NCBI GenBank assembly: GCA_963804995.1
Contig: CAWDSK010000003.1
Location: 448,001-512,000, forward strand
Length of the DNA stretch: 64,000 nt
Direction: 5' to 3'
Origin: an uncultured Acidobacteriota bacterium
Lineage (GTDB): Bacteria; Acidobacteriota; Terriglobia; UBA7540
The position numbers were made by a program, and so were the translations under genes. The notes beneath the pieces were generated by a model that had not been told where the DNA came from, made no database searches, and saw only the letters and a program-made list of their open reading frames with translations. Positions 58,157-64,000 of the stretch are shown here, piece after piece. Position 1 is the first letter of the stretch; every line of letters starts with the position of its first letter.

Positions 58157-58464
58157 GCGTCTATGCTCTCACGCCTCTTGCCAAAACGGATATTTTTGAT
58201 ATCTGGTGTTACCTTGCCGATGCCAGCGAAGACGCCGCCGAGCGCGTAGAGCACGCCATTTACGACGCTTGCGCGTTCCTCGCCGAAGCGCCCCGGCGCG
58301 GCCATTCCCGTCCCGACCTCACATCCCGTCCGCTACGCTTCTGGACGCTGACGCGTTATCCCAATTACACCGTTGTGTACCGGCCAGAGACGGCCCCCCT
58401 TCAGGTCGTCGCCGTTCTCCACGGGAAAAGAAACATACAACGCATCCTGAAACAGCGCCCGTGA
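58153..58464 (+). CDS. ParE/RelE family toxin
   Basis: LTPLAKTDIFDIW, GHSRPDL, VVYRP, VAVLHGKRNI. Confidence 0.9.
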   Translation: MSVYALTPLAKTDIFDIWCYLADASEDAAERVEHAIYDACAFLAEAPRRGHSRPDLTSRPLRFWTLTRYPNYTVVYRPETAPLQVVAVLHGKRNIQRILKQRP

Positions 58465-58479
58465 CGAGGCCAATTTGAT

Positions 58480-58552
58480 GTAGCGGCGAGTTTACCTCGC
58501 CACCCGGCCCACGATCGCGTGGCATAAAATGGCGGGGTAAACCCGCCGCTAC
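58480..58552. repeat. GTAG REP doublet downstream of parDE
   Basis: Direct repeat of 57693-57765 with 5 differences. Confidence 0.85.
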
Positions 58553-59322
58553 GCTTGCTGTCCGTCCCGAACCCCGAAGCCCCCATCCCCTGCCGTGACA
58601 CACTCCACCACTTCGGTTATCGGTCGGTGGGCATACGAACATGAGCTTAAAGTCGGCTCGAAGTTTGAAAATCACAAAATCACTCAATGACTCGATGATC
58701 CGATGACTGAATGGCCCGATCACCCGATTGCCAGACCTCGCCGTGACACACTTCCCCGTATCGGTTATCGGTAGGATCGACGCCAAGGATGAGGCAAATG
58801 AGCGGCCCGTCACAAACGACTTGACCCCTCACCCGCCTGCGGGGCGTGCGCTACTCGTAGGGGCACCTCTCGTGGGTGCCCTGATGTCGGCTACGCCGAC
58901 GGGGAGGGCAGGCACGAGGCCCATAAGCGCTTAGATAAGGACGAATAACTTCCGAGTACACCGTCACTCGCTCGGAATATTTAATGGTCCATGGTCTCGG
59001 TGATAAACACTAAGCGACTTATGGGGAGAAATACGGAGAAACGGCAGCAACCGTTAGCCGATGAACCACTTGAAGCATCATTGGTGGTGGGAACTTGTGC
59101 CAGCCCAGTTCGCGGTGTTCATGCCGCTGCTAACCTGGTATTTCAACTCGCGACGAAATCACATCCTCAGGCACATGTAGCACTGCGGCAGGAAGTTCAT
59201 GCAGCGCAGGAGGTCCCGCAAGCGCGAGTCGGGGCGTAGCAGGTCCGCCGCGAAGCCGTCCAGGCGAAAGCTGATGGATGAACGCCGGCCCGTCACTCGC
59301 AACTTGTCACTCGTCACTGCTC

Positions 59323-62300
59323 TCAGAAGTTCTCCAGCAACCACACATTGGCTTCTCTGGTACTGCCCATCAGAGCCAGATGGCGACCGTCGGGAGAAAA
59401 AGAGGCGCCATAACGCATCTCCGCACCGCCGATGAAACCTTCTTTCTCGAGGACGTAAGGGGTACCTTTCAAATCCACATAACTGATCTCTCCGTGCCAC
59501 CCTGATACAACCAGACCCTTGCCGTCTGGCGCCCAGAACAACTGCCAGAAGGTCTCCCGATATTTGACACTAACCTCCTGGGCCGCCCCGCCAGCCAACG
59601 GCAGGATTTGGATTCGGCGCTCGCGCTCCTCATTCTGGTTAAATGCGAGGCGCATGCCATCGCTGGAAAGGTCCCAGACATGATACGCGTCCGGAGGGTT
59701 GAGATTAACCCTGGCAAGCTCCTGCCTCCTCGGTTCTTGCGACGGCTCGAACGCCGAGAAGATGATTTGTTTTCGGTCCGGACTCTCCTCGCTGAAGACG
59801 CACAAAGTCGCAGGGGCCCGGGCGCAGGCCAGGCCGTCGATACCCCGTCCCTCCAGCACTAGCTGCGGTGGTCCGCCCGAGGCGGGCACTCGCATGATGC
59901 GTACCGGGGTGGGGGGATTGACCTCAGCCGTTGCACTGGACAAGTATAGAATCCAGGAACCATCCGGGCTCACGACAGGGTTGTCCTTGAAGTCAGGACC
60001 TGTCGTTACCAGTTCGGCCGCCTCCTGGTCTAACGCCTGTTTAAAGATGTCCGTAGTGCCGTTCCGATCAGACCAGAATAGGACGGTTTTATTGTCCGGC
60101 ATCCACCCGCCCGGATAAGCATTGTGCTCATCCAGTGTCAGGCGGCGCGGCTCCTTCAAACCGTGGCCACCGGCTTCCAGTTCCCCGACGTAGACACTCG
60201 CCGGCGAGCTGTATTTCGTAACGGCCAACTGCTTTCCATCTTGCGTCCCGTTAACAACGTCTATATTGACCCCGGTCCATTCCGTGAGTTGTCTTGGTTT
60301 GCTCACAGGTTGACCGGTCCTGGTGTCAACCCTGATTTCCCAGAGATTGCTGTCGTCCTGATGCGGCGGCGCTTCTAACATTGTATAGATGAAGCGACCG
60401 CCGGGGTACCACAGAAATTGGATGCCCTGATTACATAACCTCGGGTCGGACACGATGAGAGTCGGCTGACCTCCCTTCAGGTCGCGACTCTCGATAGAAC
60501 ATACGAACGTGTCCGGCGTGCGGTGAAATCTTTCGTAGGCGATCCTCTGCCCGGTTGGCGACCACGCTGCCCAATAGAAGCCGTCATCCTCAGAACCGGA
60601 TAAAAACCTGCGTGGTTCCTCCCCTTGTGGTCCCATCAGCCAGATCTCGCAGTAGATTGCAGAAGGACCTTGACATACACCGGTTCCGAGCGCAATCAGG
60701 GTGCCGTCCGGGGAGACGGCCCAGAGGCCGGCGTCATCTCGAAACTTGCGAGGAGGTCCACCCATGGCTGAAGCAACCCAGCCGCTCCGGGGGACGGTTC
60801 CGTAGCTGGTGGCAAAGAACTTGGTACTATCAGGGAACCACCCAAGCGGGAAAAAGCCAGCGCGGTCAGGGGCCGGCCCTTCGGGTTGAGGAATGGTGCG
60901 CGTCTCCCCAGTTTGAATCAGCTTCAGGTGCATTCCCATTCGGTCGCCATAGGCGAGGTACTTCCCGTCGGGCGAAATAACACCACTTGTTACAGGGTTT
61001 TCGCTGGGATTGAAGGTGAGTCTGCGTTCCTTGAGTTGGGGCGGGGGACGCGTGAGCCAGTAGGCGAGAACCGCGCCGCCGATGACGACAGCACCGGCCA
61101 GGGCGATGGCCAGCCGGCGACGGTTCTGTAGCGGCGGTGTCCCCACCGCCGCGTGGCGATCAGAGATCGCCGCTACAGCCCGCCCCGAGTCCGTATCGCG
61201 TTTCAAGCGCTGGAGGTCGGCGCGCAAATCGGAGGCGTGCTGGTAACGAATGTCTCGATCCTTCTCCAGCGCCTTGTTGATGATCTCTTCAAGTTTGGGG
61301 GGCAGGCTGGGATTCAGGCTGACGGGAGAGACCGGCGCTTGGCTCAGAATGGCATTGAAGACGACCGCCGAGGTGTTGCCCGCGAACGGCTGCCTCCCCG
61401 TCGCCATCTCATAGAGCACCGCGCCGAAGCTGAACAGGTCGGTTCGCGCGTCGACCTCTTCGCCGCGCGCCTGCTCAGGCGACATGTAGGCGGCCGTGCC
61501 TACCGCCCCGCCCAGACTGGTCAGCGACTCCTCCGCCGCGGTGGGTAGCGCCGGCCTGTGGCCGCCACCCGGAGCCGCCGAGGACGGCAGCGCTAGTTTC
61601 GCCAGGCCGAAGTCGAGAACCTTGGCTTGACCTCGCGGGGTGACGAAGATATTCGCCGGCTTGATGTCGCGGTGAATGATGCCCTTGCCATGTGCCGCCT
61701 CGAGCCCTGCCGTAATCTGGATGGCGAGGTCGAGCAACGTGTCCAATTGTAGCGGCGGTCTCTGACCGCCGATTCGTCGATCGGAGATCGACGCTACAGC
61801 GAGCCGCTCCTTCAGCGTTTCCCCCTCCAGCAGTTCCATGGCGATGAACGGCTGGCCCTCGAACTCGTCGATGTCATGAATGGTGCAGATGTTGGGATGG
61901 TTCAGGGCGCTGGCGGCACGGGCTTCACGCTGGAAACGAGCGAGTGCTTGCCGGTCCTTCGCCAATTCCGCGGGCAGAAACTTCAGCGCGACCGTCCGGC
62001 CCAGCCGCGTGTCCTCCGCTCTATAGATCACCCCCATCGCGCCACGCCCCAGCATCCCGGTGACCCGGTAGTGCGAGACTTCCTTGCCCAGCAGGCTATC
62101 AGACCCCGTCAGATCAGGGGGGATCGACTCGGCCACGGGCTCCTCCACCGCAGCCACCGCCGGCTGAGGGGAGCCTGCGGGGTTTACCTCCTCCCATTCC
62201 ACGGGGACCAGCAGACGGTAGCCGCGGCGGGCTACCGTCTCCACGTATTTCGGCTCCTCCGCTGTGTCACCCAGCGCGTCCCGTAACCTCTTGATGGCGG

Positions 62301-62526
62301 CGTTGATGCTGTGGTCGAACTCCACGATGGTGTCATTCGGCCAGAGTTTTTTCTGCAGCTCCTCGCGCGTCACCACCTCGCTAGGACGCTCCACCAGCAT
62401 TTGGAGAATCCGGAAGGGTTGTTCCTGAAGGCGCAGTTTGCGCCCCTCTTTGTGCAGTTCCCCGGCTTTAAGGTCCAACTTGAAGGGCCCCAGACGGACC
62501 ACGTGAGAGCGCCGCGCCGCTTGCAT
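59323..62526 (-). CDS. OmpR/CadC-type winged-helix plus Ser/Thr kinase plus TM plus TolB-like beta-propeller fusion
   Basis: LQEQPF...VVTREEL...ETVARRGYR; GRGAMG, VALK, HRDIKPAN, DFG, YMSPEQ; one TM; SPDG repeats. Confidence 0.9.
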   Translation of the reverse strand: MQAARRSHVVRLGPFKLDLKAGELHKEGRKLRLQEQPFRILQMLVERPSEVVTREELQKKLWPNDTIVEFDHSINAAIKRLRDALGDTAEEPKYVETVARRGYRLLVPVEWEEVNPAGSPQPAVAAVEEPVAESIPPDLTGSDSLLGKEVSHYRVTGMLGRGAMGVIYRAEDTRLGRTVALKFLPAELAKDRQALARFQREARAASALNHPNICTIHDIDEFEGQPFIAMELLEGETLKERLAVASISDRRIGGQRPPLQLDTLLDLAIQITAGLEAAHGKGIIHRDIKPANIFVTPRGQAKVLDFGLAKLALPSSAAPGGGHRPALPTAAEESLTSLGGAVGTAAYMSPEQARGEEVDARTDLFSFGAVLYEMATGRQPFAGNTSAVVFNAILSQAPVSPVSLNPSLPPKLEEIINKALEKDRDIRYQHASDLRADLQRLKRDTDSGRAVAAISDRHAAVGTPPLQNRRRLAIALAGAVVIGGAVLAYWLTRPPPQLKERRLTFNPSENPVTSGVISPDGKYLAYGDRMGMHLKLIQTGETRTIPQPEGPAPDRAGFFPLGWFPDSTKFFATSYGTVPRSGWVASAMGGPPRKFRDDAGLWAVSPDGTLIALGTGVCQGPSAIYCEIWLMGPQGEEPRRFLSGSEDDGFYWAAWSPTGQRIAYERFHRTPDTFVCSIESRDLKGGQPTLIVSDPRLCNQGIQFLWYPGGRFIYTMLEAPPHQDDSNLWEIRVDTRTGQPVSKPRQLTEWTGVNIDVVNGTQDGKQLAVTKYSSPASVYVGELEAGGHGLKEPRRLTLDEHNAYPGGWMPDNKTVLFWSDRNGTTDIFKQALDQEAAELVTTGPDFKDNPVVSPDGSWILYLSSATAEVNPPTPVRIMRVPASGGPPQLVLEGRGIDGLACARAPATLCVFSEESPDRKQIIFSAFEPSQEPRRQELARVNLNPPDAYHVWDLSSDGMRLAFNQNEERERRIQILPLAGGAAQEVSVKYRETFWQLFWAPDGKGLVVSGWHGEISYVDLKGTPYVLEKEGFIGGAEMRYGASFSPDGRHLALMGSTREANVWLLENF

Positions 62527-62837
62527 GGGAACTCCTATGGCTTGATGGGGCCGACATTACCACTCCGTTATCGGCAATTCAAGGTGCCACCGGCGTAATT
62601 CTGGCGTTCGAGCACCGGAGCGAACCCTCCATACCCCCAGATTCAGGGGCTTGCGGAACCCTTTCACGGATGCCGCATTGGCCCTGCACCGCTTCTAAGA
62701 CATCGGCAAGTACCATTCCTACCAATCCGTTAGCTCGTCGCCCACATGTAATCCACGCGTAAGCGCTGTTGCATTGAGGTACCCGCTCGCCCAGCCCAAA
62801 GTCGCCCTCACCACGCAAGTTCGTGGAGGAGGGCGCC

Positions 62838-63578
62838 ATGGGATCGAAAGGCAAGACTCAGAAGGTAGCGCGATGGAAATCGTGGATTCTGGTGGGATGG
62901 ATGGCGGTTCTGGGAGTTCCGGGGCTGCTGGCTCGAACTGTAGCCCAGGCCCCGGACGGCGGCCCGGAATCTCAGGGCCAGCCCGCGGGCAATGGCGAAT
63001 CCGGCCTGCGGATTACCCTGCGCATCTTCAACTACGCTCACGTCACGCCCCCCGAACTGACCCGGGCGGAGCACGTGGCAGCAGCTATCTTCCGCAAGGC
63101 AGGAATCGAAACGATGTGGATGGATTGCCCGGTCTCACCGGAGGAGGTTGACCGCTTCCCCGCCTGCCAGCGGCCCTGGGCGACCTCGGACTTTGCCCTT
63201 CGCTTCGTATCCCAGCCCTTTGGGGAGAGACCCGGCTCCCACCACGACCTGGGGTGGGCTCTCCCTTGCGTGGACAGCCAACAAGGATGCTATACCTATG
63301 TCTTCTACCAACTGGCGAGGCAGTGGGCAGAGCGTTGTGACACTACGACCGATCAGATCCTCGGCCACGCCATAGCGCATGAAGTCGGGCACCTGCTATT
63401 GGGACCGGAGTCGCACTCGCAGACCGGCGTCATGCGCGGAGATTGGTCGATGGATGACTTAGCAGCAATGGCACGGACGTTTCTCTACTTCACCCCAACG
63501 CAATGCGAACGGCTCCAGAGGGACGTGTCAGCGAGGATGCGGGATCATGCGGGCGCGCTGGCAAGCCGAGGACTATGA
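62838..63578 (+). CDS. Exported protein with HExxH zinc-metalloprotease-like motif
   Basis: Signal peptide; GHAIAHEVGHLLLGPESHSQTGVM; GGAGG RBS. Confidence 0.75.
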   Translation: MGSKGKTQKVARWKSWILVGWMAVLGVPGLLARTVAQAPDGGPESQGQPAGNGESGLRITLRIFNYAHVTPPELTRAEHVAAAIFRKAGIETMWMDCPVSPEEVDRFPACQRPWATSDFALRFVSQPFGERPGSHHDLGWALPCVDSQQGCYTYVFYQLARQWAERCDTTTDQILGHAIAHEVGHLLLGPESHSQTGVMRGDWSMDDLAAMARTFLYFTPTQCERLQRDVSARMRDHAGALASRGL

Positions 63579-64000
63579 AGCCCCCCTGAGTACCTTCAAG
63601 TTTACCGCCGAGTAGACTGAGCAGATGCGCGCCAAGGTGAGGGAACGCGGGCGACAGCAGGCGGCAGAGGCCCCCAGTCTAACCGTATATTCACACAGTT
63701 CGCCGGGGTTAGCTCCCTTGTAACGCCATAGTGTAGAGCGAAGTCGCCCAACTCCTGTATCGTCGGCCACTCGGAAGTTATCCTCGACGAATCGAAATCC
63801 TCTATTCGATAACGAACGTCGCCCATGGAACCCCAACAGCCTATCTTAGCGCTTATGGGCACGAGGCCTGCCCCTACGAGACACGTTTTTGCGGCCGCTC
63901 CGCGCCGCCCCGCCGTGACACACTCCAACAGCAGTGACGAGTGGCTAGTGGCGAGAAAAGGCTGGCGGCGCCGCCGGCCAATCCAAAGTCGGAAATCGAA

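Larger units (their letters stand above)
58922..63857. mobile_element. Non-autonomous insertion cassette with IS186/IS231-like ends, inserted in a REP
   Basis: TIRs CATAAGCGCTTAGATA/TATCTTAGCGCTTATG (15/16); 11-bp duplication GGCACGAGGCC at 58911-58921 and 63858-63868; no transposase inside. Confidence 0.82.

Noticed and set aside
63602..63857. Transposase remnant at the right end of the cassette
   Set aside because: The short minus-strand ORFs show no DDE or IS4-type motif; left unassigned
1..64000. CRISPR array, rRNA or tRNA genes
   Set aside because: No regularly spaced identical repeats with unique spacers, no cas genes, and no recognisable cloverleaf or rRNA sequence

Overview
GC-rich bacterial window whose gene content suggests an Acidobacteriota (Terriglobia-like) chromosome; this is inference from the Oar-type TonB receptor, the gsp/pil cluster layout and the wHTH/kinase/TolB-like protein. 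It holds a uronic-acid polysaccharide gene group, three TA pairs plus an orphan hicB, a 10-gene type IV pilus/type II secretion cluster on the minus strand, rnc-lepB-asmA, three abutting IS elements (ISKra4-, IS256- and IS200-like), GH44, peptidases and transporters. The most notable structure lies outside the ORF track. (1) A 4936-bp transposase-less cassette (58922-63857) with IS186/IS231-like CATAAGCGCT inverted ends and a perfect 11-bp target duplication sits inside a REP hairpin and carries a wHTH-Ser/Thr kinase-beta-propeller gene plus a divergent HExxH gene. (2) Many short elements have IS-type terminal inverted repeats enclosing REP-like hairpin cores; one adds 78 codons in frame to a pilus-associated protein, and three bare REP doublets lie in frame inside the kinase. 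(3) A deiodinase-like selenoprotein (GSYT-UGA-PPF with a SECIS-like hairpin) is split by the ORF caller. Several single-base indels break otherwise intact genes and may be assembly errors. No rRNA, tRNA or CRISPR array was seen. All family calls are from motif recognition, not database searches.
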